Part shown: in pieces, positions 1 through 8,846 of the stretch
How positions within the stretch are numbered: the stretch's first letter is position 1
Layout of the letters: each line of letters opens with the position of its first letter
NCBI RefSeq assembly: GCF_008065095.1
Contig: NZ_CP042911.1
Location: 870,001-902,000 of the forward strand
DNA length: 32,000 nucleotides
Direction of reading: 5' to 3'
Origin: Gemmata obscuriglobus
GTDB lineage: Bacteria > Planctomycetota > Planctomycetia > Gemmatales > Gemmataceae
Notes under the pieces: generated by a model
The model's input: only the letters and a program-made list of their open reading frames with translations
Database searches by the model: none
What the model was told of the DNA's origin: nothing
Translations under genes and position numbers: made by a program

Positions 1-3000
1 ACGGTGACGTAAGGGTTGGGCGTCCGACTCGGATCGTAGCTGTAGTTCGGGTCGTTGGCCGGCAAGTACGGATTGGTGAGCCGGCGGAGTTGCACCACGT
101 GCCGCTTGAACTCCTTGTTTGATAGGATGGTCGCGCTGGGCATCGTCAACATGTACCCCATCCCGCTACTGGACGTCGCCGGCCCGAGAGGTTGCGAATC
201 GACCTTGTTCGTCGTTGCCCAAACGCCGGCTGCCGGGGGGGTGAATTCTTTTGCGTCCTTTTTCGGAGTGAGCGTCGGCGGGCCGACCAGTACGAACCCG
301 CCCGCCGGGAGCGTGCTGGCCGGGCCGCCCGTGTACGGCGGAGCATACTGGCTATTGGGGCCGTTGTTAATCAGTGTCACATCGTTGGGCGCGACAGCCG
401 CAGGGTTACTCCCGACCGGAACAAGCGGGAAGTTAAACATTGCGTCAGCAGTGACCGGGGTTCCGGTCGCGTCACCAAATACTCCGGACGTGTTACTGAG
501 CGAGCTAAGGAACGAGATCCGATCCCCGGTGCCACCGGTCTCCTGAATCGCACGTGCGATTTGGATCTGATAAGCGCTCAGATTCACGGCGCCGGTCCCA
601 AGTACACCGGTGTTCGTTGCGTGCGGGGCGGAAGTCGGGTTCACTAACTCGGCCCAAAACCGAACTTGGGCGTTGGCCGTCGGTGCCAACGGAGTCGGGT
701 TGCCGTCCTTGTCTTTGACAGCTTCAACCTGGTCACCCGGACCCGTATCGTTGGTGATCTCGCTATACACCTCGTTGAGCAGCAACCGCGGCTTCTCGAT
801 GCCGAACACCGCCCGGTTGCCAACCTTTGCCGCTTTCAAATCCTCTGCTGCACCTTCAACAGGGTTCCACAGGAACGTGGTGCTGACATCGTCGTTGTCG
901 ATGTGATCCACGATGTTCACCGCGAGCTGCGCCAGGTACCGCAGCGCGTCGTATTGCTGCGTGGTGTACGCCACACCCGCGCCGTTGATTTGGCGCGTGA
1001 TCGGGTTGGGAAGGCTGATGTTGCCGGTGTTTGGGTCAACGATGGCCGCCGCGCCGGTCGCGACACAGAGGCGGATGAAGATGTCTTTCGCCAGCGCCTG
1101 CCGGTCGGCCTCGGCCTGAACAACGTTGCCCATGTTTTTTAGCAACAACGGGTCCGGGGTCAGAGTTCCCGTCGGGTTTACATCGGTGCCGAGTGGCTTC
1201 GTCAGATCGGTGCGGTAGTCGGCCAGCGGGCGGTTCAGGTTCACCGACCCCAGCGCGGCCTGAATGTTGTACCAGCGCTGCGTAACACCTGCGCCAACAG
1301 CCACCGGCGGCGCGAAGTCGGTCACCGTCCCAGGGTTTTGCGGCGTGGGGTATACGGTTGCGGTGGGATTGGCGCCAGCGAACAGGCCGCCCGGCTTGGT
1401 CGCACCCGCAACGATTTGCAGCGCCGGCGACGCAGACCCGGTACCGGTCCCGTCGTCGCGGCTCACGAAGTTCGGCGCCAGGGCCGGGCGATCCAGCCCC
1501 GTCGCCTTCGGGGTAAACAGGAGCCGCCGGTTGTGCGCCGGGTCGAGCCGGTAATTGGACGACGTACTAGCCCCCGGGTTCGCCAAATACGGGTATGTGG
1601 TCGGTTGCCCCAGGAACGTGTCTTGCGCGGCCTTGGTCGCGAACGCCTGGTAATACCAGTCCGGCGTGTACGCGTACCGCAGGCTGAACCGCTTCAGGTC
1701 CGTGTACGGGAAGATCGGGCTGTTCATGTTGGCCGTGTTACGCACGGCGAACTCGTCCCGGTTGTACCCGGCAGGGTGCCCGAGCGTCAGATCGGGGAGA
1801 GCCGGGGGCTTGGGCACCTGGGCATTGTCGTTCTGGAAGTTGCTGTAGATGGGGGTCAGAGTCGGGTTGGCACGTGACGGCTGCCCGAACAGGCTGTTGC
1901 CGGCCGGGAACTGGAAGTCCACCTGTGCCCCGGTCCACGACACGCCGCCGTAGGTCGGGAGCAGTTGTCCGGTCGCGAACGGGTTGAACTCGGCGGGGTA
2001 GTTCGCCTTCCGCCCCGCGATCAAGCTCTTACGGTTCGCTTCCATGTTAGCGGCCAAAGGCATCGGAGGCGGGGTGGTCGCGTTGTAGTCGCTGAGCCCG
2101 TAACCGATATCAACCGCCCACGGCCCGTAGCCGCCGTACCCCTCGTGCGCGCCGCCATTAAGCTGGTTTCCGTGGACGCTCATGTCGAACCGGCCGTCCA
2201 GCGGCAGGACGAGCGCAGCCACCAGCGGTTGCACCAGCTTGCCGCTCGCCAACCGCATCGGCGACAGGCCGATGTGCATCCACTGACTGTCGTTCAACGC
2301 GATGAAGCCCTTGCCGTCAACGAATCGATACGATCCGGGGCAGTTCTGCACGTCCCCAGTGTAGCTGCCGTCGGCGTTCGGTGGAACGCGTGGGAAGTTC
2401 GGGTGCTCGGCCGGGCGTGGCCGCACGGTTAGCAGGCGACCGGCATCGTTGTACCAGTTGGGGTTGGCGGGATGAAGCGGCGATTCATCAGCCGGACGAG
2501 AAGTGTGTCGGAATAACCAATCGCGGTGGAACGACGGAACTAACACCTCACCGGTGTACGGGTCTTGGGCGCCGAGGAAGAAGTCTTTGACGCCCGGATA
2601 CGTGTAGCCCGCGTGCTTGCCGACGTAGTCGCGGCCAGCGACGGTATCCTTGAACAGCCAACTGCCGCCAGCGCCCGGCAGTCGGTTTCGAGTCCACTCC
2701 GGGTCAATCAGCAGAGGCTGATTGTCCATCAGCATGGCGGTGTAGTTAACGATCCGCTGACGACTCGTGATGCCGGCGAGAGATGGGTAGCTAGCCGTAC
2801 CGTTATAGGTGTACGTGCTGGGCTGGTCGTTGAACGGACCGACCCCGGCCCACGGGGTAACGGACCCAACCCACGGGTTGCCCGGCGCCGAGTAGTCAGA
2901 TCGGCTGCCGTACATGCTCCGCGCGATGCTGTGGCCGCGCATCACGTTCTGGAGCGCGGGGCCGTCGTCGAGATCGTCATAGAGCAGCCCACCGAAGAAC

Positions 3001-3212
3001 GCGTTGACCGCGTTCGTCGGGTCCGGCGGTGCCTTGGCGGGGACCGCGATGGCGTCTGAATACGCCATCGCCGCGGCCTTCTCACGGGCCGCGTACATCA
3101 CCAGCGCCAACCCGGTCACCATCATGATGGTGATGAGGAAGAAGCACGTGATGAGGATGGCCGTACCGCGGCGCGGTGGCCGGCGGTGAGAGCGGAGGAG
3201 TGGTCGGAACAT
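1..3212 (-). CDS. Very large (>1070 aa, 3' end off window) pilus/pseudopilus-associated protein with a GspK/PilX-like N-terminal hydrophobic anchor; last gene of the pseudopilin operon
   Basis: ATG at 3212-3210. Hand translation of the reverse complement stays open to position 1, with the frame spot-checked at about 10 places. It is missing from the ORF track only because no stop lies inside the window. N-terminus is MFRPLLRSHRRPPRRGTAILITCFFLITIMMVTGLALVMYAAREKA, a hydrophobic anchor without the G-F-T-L-x-E prepilin motif, as in GspK. Codons are GC3-rich. The internal stretch YLAQLAVNIVDHIDNDDVST resembles the GspK D-x-(I/W)-D-x-D region. Confidence 0.7.
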   Translation of the reverse strand, partial: MFRPLLRSHRRPPRRGTAILITCFFLITIMMVTGLALVMYAAREKAAAMAYSDAIAVPAKAPPDPTNAVNAFFGGLLYDDLDDGPALQNVMRGHSIARSMYGSRSDYSAPGNPWVGSVTPWAGVGPFNDQPSTYTYNGTASYPSLAGITSRQRIVNYTAMLMDNQPLLIDPEWTRNRLPGAGGSWLFKDTVAGRDYVGKHAGYTYPGVKDFFLGAQDPYTGEVLVPSFHRDWLFRHTSRPADESPLHPANPNWYNDAGRLLTVRPRPAEHPNFPRVPPNADGSYTGDVQNCPGSYRFVDGKGFIALNDSQWMHIGLSPMRLASGKLVQPLVAALVLPLDGRFDMSVHGNQLNGGAHEGYGGYGPWAVDIGYGLSDYNATTPPPMPLAANMEANRKSLIAGRKANYPAEFNPFATGQLLPTYGGVSWTGAQVDFQFPAGNSLFGQPSRANPTLTPIYSNFQNDNAQVPKPPALPDLTLGHPAGYNRDEFAVRNTANMNSPIFPYTDLKRFSLRYAYTPDWYYQAFATKAAQDTFLGQPTTYPYLANPGASTSSNYRLDPAHNRRLLFTPKATGLDRPALAPNFVSRDDGTGTGSASPALQIVAGATKPGGLFAGANPTATVYPTPQNPGTVTDFAPPVAVGAGVTQRWYNIQAALGSVNLNRPLADYRTDLTKPLGTDVNPTGTLTPDPLLLKNMGNVVQAEADRQALAKDIFIRLCVATGAAAIVDPNTGNISLPNPITRQINGAGVAYTTQQYDALRYLAQLAVNIVDHIDNDDVSTTFLWNPVEGAAEDLKAAKVGNRAVFGIEKPRLLLNEVYSEITNDTGPGDQVEAVKDKDGNPTPLAPTANAQVRFWAELVNPTSAPHATNTGVLGTGAVNLSAYQIQIARAIQETGGTGDRISFLSSLSNTSGVFGDATGTPVTADAMFNFPLVPVGSNPAAVAPNDVTLINNGPNSQYAPPYTGGPASTLPAGGFVLVGPPTLTPKKDAKEFTPPAAGVWATTNKVDSQPLGPATSSSGMGYMLTMPSATILSNKEFKRHVVQLRRLTNPYLPANDPNYSYDPSRTPNPYVT

Positions 3213-3296
3213 GTCCTTCTCCGATGCGTGTGCGTTCGGGATCGGCCCGCGCTCACCGGTCGGGAGCGCAGGCGGTGTTCGGGTTCGTCCGGGACG

Positions 3297-4619
3297 TTAC
3301 AGTTCCACGGCCGTCGTGGTCTGGCGCGTTTGCTTGTTGCTCGGGTTCCAGCACCGAAGCCGGATCTGGATGCCGGTGATGCGGATCGGCTTGAGCACCG
3401 GCCCCGTAACCGTTGCGGTCGCCAGGTTGGCCGGCGCCCGCAGGCTCTCGTCGCCCGTGTCGTACTCGCCGTTGAACGGCAGCGCGTCGTACGGGTAGTC
3501 GGTGTTGCCCAAGTTAAAGGGGCGGGGCCAGATGTTGCCGGTCGCGGGCGCCAGGTAGGAGACGCCGCCGGTCTGTGGCCCGGTGAACTTCAACTCAAAC
3601 GAAGTCACATAGTTGTGCAGCACGTCCTCGCCGATCCGGTAATTGGAGATCGACTGTCTCACCAACCGGCTGCTGCGGGGGGTGAGGTTGTTGAGGTTGA
3701 GCACGTCGTACCGGGTCTGGGCACTATCGTAGGAGCACGCGATCACTTCGAGCGGGTCGGCCGGGGCCATATTCTTTGGGGCGCCCAGATACGATTTGAG
3801 TATCGACTCGTAGGCCGGATCGTCGTCCGTGTTCCGGGCCGCCAGCCGCTGCCGCCGGATCAACTTGTACACCTCCGCTCCCCCCGCCAAGCCGGACGTT
3901 GTGCGGGGCGGGTTGTGCCGTTCCAGGAAGTACGCCACCTCGGCGCAAGTGCCGGTGATGACGTTCGGGTCCCCCATCGGCACGTCCGCGGTCAACGTGT
4001 TCTGCGGCGCGCCGCCGGGCACCACGATCGTAAACTGCATGAAGTGGCTGCCCGCCCGCGACGAGCCGAACCCGGCGTTGTCGTCCCCCTCTTCGACGTT
4101 CCAGGTCGGCGGCTGAGACGGGTCATACGTCCAGCCGGTTCTCGACTTCGCCGGCGGGGCGTACACCCAGAAGTACCCGGACCGCGGCGGCTTGTAGGTG
4201 AGCTGGCCGTTGACCACCGTTGCCTGATCGATCCGCTGGTCACTCACTTTGCGGCCCAGGTTCGGCTTGCCGTCCTCTTCGAGGAAGTGGTCGAGTTGGA
4301 GGTCGCGACGCATGACCGCGATGGCCATACGCTCCTGGCCCACAAAGTCGCCCTGGGCCTTGGCCTCACTCACCGTGTTCGTGATGATCGTGGTGGCCTG
4401 AACCAGGATGCTCATGAGGATGAGCGTGACGGTCACCACCACGAGCAGTTCGGGCAGGGTGAACGCCGCCCGGCCGCGGCGGGCGGGGCGATGGATCGTG
4501 CGAGAGGTCATGCGGTCGTCCTCGTCGGGAGCGGCTGGCCGCCGGTCCCGGGTTCGCTCGAAAGTTTGGGACGTGTGTTGGTCGTTCTCGGGTGTCGGGC
4601 ACCGGTCCGAAACGGTCAC
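3297..4619 (-). CDS. Prepilin-type N-terminal cleavage/methylation domain protein (large minor pseudopilin, about 400 aa)
   Basis: Motif RRGRAAFTLPELLVVVTVTLILMSIL. A GTG at 4619 overlaps the upstream stop (GTGA). The alternative ATG at 4511 gives a typical 14-aa leader and is probably the true start. Confidence 0.8.
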   Translation of the reverse strand: MTVSDRCPTPENDQHTSQTFERTRDRRPAAPDEDDRMTSRTIHRPARRGRAAFTLPELLVVVTVTLILMSILVQATTIITNTVSEAKAQGDFVGQERMAIAVMRRDLQLDHFLEEDGKPNLGRKVSDQRIDQATVVNGQLTYKPPRSGYFWVYAPPAKSRTGWTYDPSQPPTWNVEEGDDNAGFGSSRAGSHFMQFTIVVPGGAPQNTLTADVPMGDPNVITGTCAEVAYFLERHNPPRTTSGLAGGAEVYKLIRRQRLAARNTDDDPAYESILKSYLGAPKNMAPADPLEVIACSYDSAQTRYDVLNLNNLTPRSSRLVRQSISNYRIGEDVLHNYVTSFELKFTGPQTGGVSYLAPATGNIWPRPFNLGNTDYPYDALPFNGEYDTGDESLRAPANLATATVTGPVLKPIRITGIQIRLRCWNPSNKQTRQTTTAVEL

Positions 4620-5680
4620 GGGGCGAAGTTACCGGTAAGTTCCGGCCGCTCGAACACCCCGGCGATGCCCGGCATCACCACGACCGTTGCGTTGTACTGG
4701 CCCGTGCTCCCATCCAGCCGCTTGACCGGGGAGTCGAGTTCGATGTCCAGTGTCCCCGACCCGTCGTCGGCGGCGCTCACCACGCGGTAGAAGTTCGCGT
4801 GCCGGATGGAGCCGTCGATCGTCGCGTCCATCAGCCAGCCGCCCTTGCGGATCTCGACGTTCGCCGGGAGCAAGCTCGACGAGATCCGAAGCGCGGTGGA
4901 ACCCGGCGTAAAGGCCACGCCAGCGGTTTTGGGAATAACGTGTTCAGACCCGGCCGGATAGAACTGGTGCCGACGATTACTGAACACCACTATTTTGAGC
5001 GTTGCGGTTGTCCGGTTGCTGTTGGTCGGGCGTTGGATCACGGCCAGCGCGTTGTACCGCAGCTCGCGCACCGTAATGCTGCTACTCGGAGTCAGGCCCG
5101 AAACCACCTGCGGTTGCGAATTCTCGTCCCAGGAGAAGCCGTCGGGCTGGCTCCACATCCGCCACGCCAGCGAAGCCTCCTGCGTGTTCAGCGTGTTCCA
5201 GCCGGACGGCGGGGTCGCCGGCGGCTTGTACGGGGCGAACGGCGGGTTGAGCCGCGTTCCGTTCATCGTGCGCCGGGGTATCAAGGTGGCCCCACCGTCA
5301 CCCACGCGGAGTTGTGCGGCGTCCGAAGACAATCGCCCTGACACCCCCATCGGGTCCAGGAACACCGGATAACTCGCCTCGGTCGCAGCGGGTACGGTGA
5401 GGCCGCTGCCCGCATCATCGAGTGCCGGCCAGAACGGCTCGCGGTCCTGATATGTGGGGTCATCCTGCCGGGCGAGGTCGTCGGCGATTTTGTCCTTCCA
5501 GTAGCTCCGCACCAGGGCGTCGATGCTGGTGGCGAGGGTCGCGGTGCGGTCGGCGACCAACGCATCGCTCATCTGTTTGGCGCCGAACGGCACCATGCTC
5601 ATCACCCCGGCCAGTCCGATCGCCACCACGAAGATGGCGACCAGCAGCTCGGTCATCGTCAGTCCGGGTCTGCGGGTCAT
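4616..5680 (-). CDS. Prepilin-type N-terminal cleavage/methylation domain protein (large minor pseudopilin, about 354 aa)
   Basis: ATG at 5680 gives MTRRPGLTMTELLVAIFVVAIGLAGVMSMVPFG. The ORF-track start at 5905 adds an Arg/Pro-rich extension that overlaps the upstream gene. Confidence 0.8.
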   Translation of the reverse strand: MTRRPGLTMTELLVAIFVVAIGLAGVMSMVPFGAKQMSDALVADRTATLATSIDALVRSYWKDKIADDLARQDDPTYQDREPFWPALDDAGSGLTVPAATEASYPVFLDPMGVSGRLSSDAAQLRVGDGGATLIPRRTMNGTRLNPPFAPYKPPATPPSGWNTLNTQEASLAWRMWSQPDGFSWDENSQPQVVSGLTPSSSITVRELRYNALAVIQRPTNSNRTTATLKIVVFSNRRHQFYPAGSEHVIPKTAGVAFTPGSTALRISSSLLPANVEIRKGGWLMDATIDGSIRHANFYRVVSAADDGSGTLDIELDSPVKRLDGSTGQYNATVVVMPGIAGVFERPELTGNFAP

Positions 5681-5832
5681 GTGTCGCCCTCGCGGCGGCC
5701 CGGGTGGGGCGGGCGCCGGTGCTGTGGTCCTGGGTCGGGTACGGGTCCGCGGGGCCGAGCACGCCCCGCCGTGAATATCATTCGCTCGGCGGCTCAGGGC
5801 GCCAAAAATCGACGCCCGCTTTTTTGCTGCCG

Positions 5833-6969
5833 CTACTGCCCCAGATCGCGAACCAACTTGAACGGTTCGCCGCCCGACGTGTAACTGGTCCCGTTTCCGG
5901 GCCACGCGATGTTGTTGTGCGCGATCGTACCGGACGAGCGAATTGCGATCACATGTTGTTCGCCACCCTTTTGCAGCGCGTCTACCAAGTCCTGCCCCGT
6001 CTTATAAGCCGCTAACCGAGGGGTGGGGGAGGCGGGAGGAGGAGGGGTGGTGGGGGGGATGATTGTGTATACGGCGGGCTTGGTGTAATCACGCACCCAC
6101 AGGAACAGTTGACCGCCGCTGCCGCCGAGCAGCTTGCCGTCCGGCCCGAATATGACATCCAGGTCGGTGGTGGCGTTCACCCGGTCCGGAACGCTGACGT
6201 TCAGGTCCACGCAAATCTTCTTGGGCAGCGGGATGATCGGCTCGCCCACGAGTGGTACGGCCAGCAGGTAGACCGCGAAGTTGTAGACCACGGCCTGCGT
6301 GCTCCCGCCCATGACCGCATCCGGGTACACCTCCAGAACGGCCTCGACGGTGTACAAGTTTTTCGCATTCGGCCCGGTTTTTTTCACCGTTGTGGGGACG
6401 GGTATGCTGGGTAGAGCGATCTTGTTCCAGGAGTTGAAGGTCGGCATCACGATCGTGCAACCGGGCTGAATCAGGTCCGCTTCTTCCGATTTTAAGTTTT
6501 CAATGAAACAGCGGCGGCCGTTGATCGCACCCGCGTTCATCCCGGACGACACGAACCCGTAGTCGAACCGGACCCGCGGCGCGAGGTTTTCGATTAGCTC
6601 GGGGGCAGTCCCCAGGTTCGGGTTGCTGGCCCGCGGGAAATTTAGTGGGGTCGTGGTCGGAATCAGCGGCGGGGGCTGTTCCACATACTGCATCTCGGTG
6701 ACCCACCGAGCGTCAGTCTTGTCGTCGTTGGTTGCGTCGTTAGAGAGCACGAACCGGATGCCGCGCGGGGCTTTATCGCGGGCCGCCATGCTCTGAGCCA
6801 TACGCAGTTGCGCGGTGATGTCGGAAACCGCATACCGAACCCGGTCCTGGTCCCGGGCACCCGGATAGAGCAGCAGGACGAGCCCGGCTAGCGCCAAGAA
6901 GATCGAGATGCCGACCAGCAGTTCGACGAGCGTGAATCCGCTGCGGCGGGTGTTCTGGGTGCGGATCAT
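5833..6969 (-). CDS. Prepilin-type N-terminal cleavage/methylation domain protein (large pseudopilin, 378 aa, Pro-rich linker)
   Basis: MIRTQNTRRSGFTLVELLVGISIFLALAGL. The ATG overlaps the upstream stop (ATGA at 6966-6969). Contains a PPTTPPPPASPTP linker. Confidence 0.85.
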   Translation of the reverse strand: MIRTQNTRRSGFTLVELLVGISIFLALAGLVLLLYPGARDQDRVRYAVSDITAQLRMAQSMAARDKAPRGIRFVLSNDATNDDKTDARWVTEMQYVEQPPPLIPTTTPLNFPRASNPNLGTAPELIENLAPRVRFDYGFVSSGMNAGAINGRRCFIENLKSEEADLIQPGCTIVMPTFNSWNKIALPSIPVPTTVKKTGPNAKNLYTVEAVLEVYPDAVMGGSTQAVVYNFAVYLLAVPLVGEPIIPLPKKICVDLNVSVPDRVNATTDLDVIFGPDGKLLGGSGGQLFLWVRDYTKPAVYTIIPPTTPPPPASPTPRLAAYKTGQDLVDALQKGGEQHVIAIRSSGTIAHNNIAWPGNGTSYTSGGEPFKLVRDLGQ

Positions 6970-7928
6970 TGTTTGCCCCCTTTCCCCCCGAACCGATCAA
7001 GCCGGTAGCCGAGGCGGTCATCTTCTTGAGACAAGTCACCCGACGCATATGGAGGAACGGGGAGTTGTGCGCCTTTGGGTGTGAAGTAGTCGTAGCGCCG
7101 ATCTTTCCCAGCGCATAGCACCGTCGGCACCCGGTTGCGAGACGCGGTACCCGGGGTGACAAAACCCAGTGCAGGGCTGATCGTGCTTGTGGTGCCCCAA
7201 CTGCCCATCAAACCTTTCGGGTCCAGTGGGTCGATAAAATCCCTGCCGTCGTTAAACTTGCGGTTCACATAGGGCGGTTGGTCGAGTTCGCTTAGCTGGA
7301 GCCACCGGTAGTAGATAAGCGGTGTGCCGTAGGGATCGACGAATACCGTGTAGTCGGTGTTCGCAATTTTGAGCGGCTTCTGTTCGCCGGTGATTCCCCC
7401 CGCGTCCCCGGTCCCGCCGGCAGTCGCTCGCTCTGCCAGAATCAGGTACAAGAGCACGGCGCGGTGTTGGTCCGGCGTGCCGGCCGGCGTGCCGCTGCTG
7501 CTCTGATTTTTGACCGGGGCGAAAGTTCGCTTCCAGTCGTAGGTGTAAATGGTTGTTGCTCCGGACATGATCGAAAACGTGCTGGTCGCCTCGTCAAAGG
7601 TCTCCGGAAAGTGGACCTTTAGTGTGGCCGCTGTGTGGATGGCCAGGGCCTTATCTTTGTCTCCACCGCAAAATGTCACGATCGCTTGCGGTGCCCCTTC
7701 ACGGTGGCACTTTTGCACCACAAAGCTGTAGTCTTCGCGCAGTCGCACCTGAAGCTGGCTGACCTGGTTATCAGCCGTGTTTGTCATGGCCGACTCTTTG
7801 AACTTCATCGTCCCGGCGACGACGAGTGCGGTCAGTATTCCGATGATCGAAATGACTACAAGCAGTTCGACCAGCGTAAACGCATGTCGGTGAGCGGAGC
7901 GACCGCGTGCGAGAGTGTTCGTGTGCAT
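6966..7928 (-). CDS. Prepilin-type N-terminal cleavage/methylation domain protein (GspG-like, 320 aa)
   Basis: HRHAFTLVELLVVISIIGILTALVVAG. GGAGG lies 5 nt upstream of the ATG at 7928. Confidence 0.85.
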   Translation of the reverse strand: MHTNTLARGRSAHRHAFTLVELLVVISIIGILTALVVAGTMKFKESAMTNTADNQVSQLQVRLREDYSFVVQKCHREGAPQAIVTFCGGDKDKALAIHTAATLKVHFPETFDEATSTFSIMSGATTIYTYDWKRTFAPVKNQSSSGTPAGTPDQHRAVLLYLILAERATAGGTGDAGGITGEQKPLKIANTDYTVFVDPYGTPLIYYRWLQLSELDQPPYVNRKFNDGRDFIDPLDPKGLMGSWGTTSTISPALGFVTPGTASRNRVPTVLCAGKDRRYDYFTPKGAQLPVPPYASGDLSQEDDRLGYRLDRFGGKGGKQ

Positions 7929-7940
7929 GGCGTCCTCCGG

Positions 7941-8756
7941 TTATTGCGGGCCTGCGCCGAGCTTGGCTTGCGAGAAGTTGCTCCAGTCGTCATCGCCGCC
8001 CCCGGTCGGCACATTCGTCCCCCAGTCGCCACCCGGACCGAACTTGGCGTCCTCACCTGCCGAAATAATCTGGATGCCTTTTGGGTTCTCGTACTTCTTC
8101 GGGTTCCCACGCCAGAACGGGCTCGACGTGGTCGTTTCCTCCTTCGCGTTCTTCCAGGTGAACGATTGCGTCCCGTAATTGCCCTGACGATTGAAGAAGA
8201 TCGCGTAGGGGCTACCATAGGGGTCGATGAGTTTGGCCCGGCCCGTGGCGACCGGCTCATACATGCCGCTCTTGAGTTGCAGAAACGGCCCTTTGCGAGA
8301 TTCGCCCGGGCTGCCCGCGTCAAAAGGAAACTGTGAATTGTTGGAGAAGCCCGTGTACCGAGTGATTTCCCCCCCGGTAAGGAAAAACAACGCGACCTCG
8401 TTTCCATCCGTCAAGGTCACGGTCGGCAACTTAGTGTTGGTTATGTCGAGGTTCGGAAACAGGTGCTTGAGGTACATGGCTTCGGCATCGCCCGCACTGT
8501 ACGAGGGCATAAGCCTGAACGGCCCCTGAGGAAGGTAGCCGGGCCTGCTCAGTGCCTCAGAAGCGCAAAACATGTCGGCCGCTTGCGAGATCTGGCTCAT
8601 TCGCCACTGGTTTTCGCTCCGCTTGATGCCGGTCCGCACCTTCATCACCGCCGGGACCAGGAGCCCGATCAGCAGCGCGATGATGCCGATCACCACCAGC
8701 AGCTCGATCAGCGTGAAGCCCGCCCGCCGGTTCCGGCCCGTCCGCCTCAGGTTCAT
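7941..8756 (-). CDS. Probable major pseudopilin/pilin, GspG-like (271 aa)
   Basis: NRRAGFTLIELLVVIGIIALLIGLLVPAV. The C-terminal IQIISAGEDAKFGPGGDW resembles the GspG S-x-G-x-DG motif. It is the first pilin gene after the platform gene. A GAGGGG Shine-Dalgarno-like element lies upstream of the ATG at 8756. Confidence 0.85.
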   Translation of the reverse strand: MNLRRTGRNRRAGFTLIELLVVIGIIALLIGLLVPAVMKVRTGIKRSENQWRMSQISQAADMFCASEALSRPGYLPQGPFRLMPSYSAGDAEAMYLKHLFPNLDITNTKLPTVTLTDGNEVALFFLTGGEITRYTGFSNNSQFPFDAGSPGESRKGPFLQLKSGMYEPVATGRAKLIDPYGSPYAIFFNRQGNYGTQSFTWKNAKEETTTSSPFWRGNPKKYENPKGIQIISAGEDAKFGPGGDWGTNVPTGGGDDDWSNFSQAKLGAGPQ

Positions 8757-8846
8757 GACGTGTCCCCTCAGAGAGTGCGGAGGGCGGAACCCGGAACGCC
8801 GGCAGCGGTCTTCGCCCCGCGTTCCGAGGTCCGCACCCCGAATGGC

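Noticed and set aside
5797-5825. Terminator-like GGGCG-N11-CGCCC followed by T6 on the plus strand, inside the operon spacer
   Set aside because: The stem is only 5 bp and it lies on the non-transcribed (antisense) orientation relative to the operon. The 12-mer it shares with the 16032 hairpin (GGCGCCAAAAAT) is within chance expectation for a 32-kb window.
4616-5905. ORF-track N-terminal extensions here and at 8847-10157, 17362-18087, 21017-22438, 29408-30538, 30569-31255 and 27741-28310
   Set aside because: The longest-ORF starts (often GTG or TTG) add non-coding-looking residues, overlap upstream genes or read through repeats. Internal ATGs give canonical N-termini (prepilin leader, signal peptide, MPTFKYEAL) and sometimes have GGAGG upstream.
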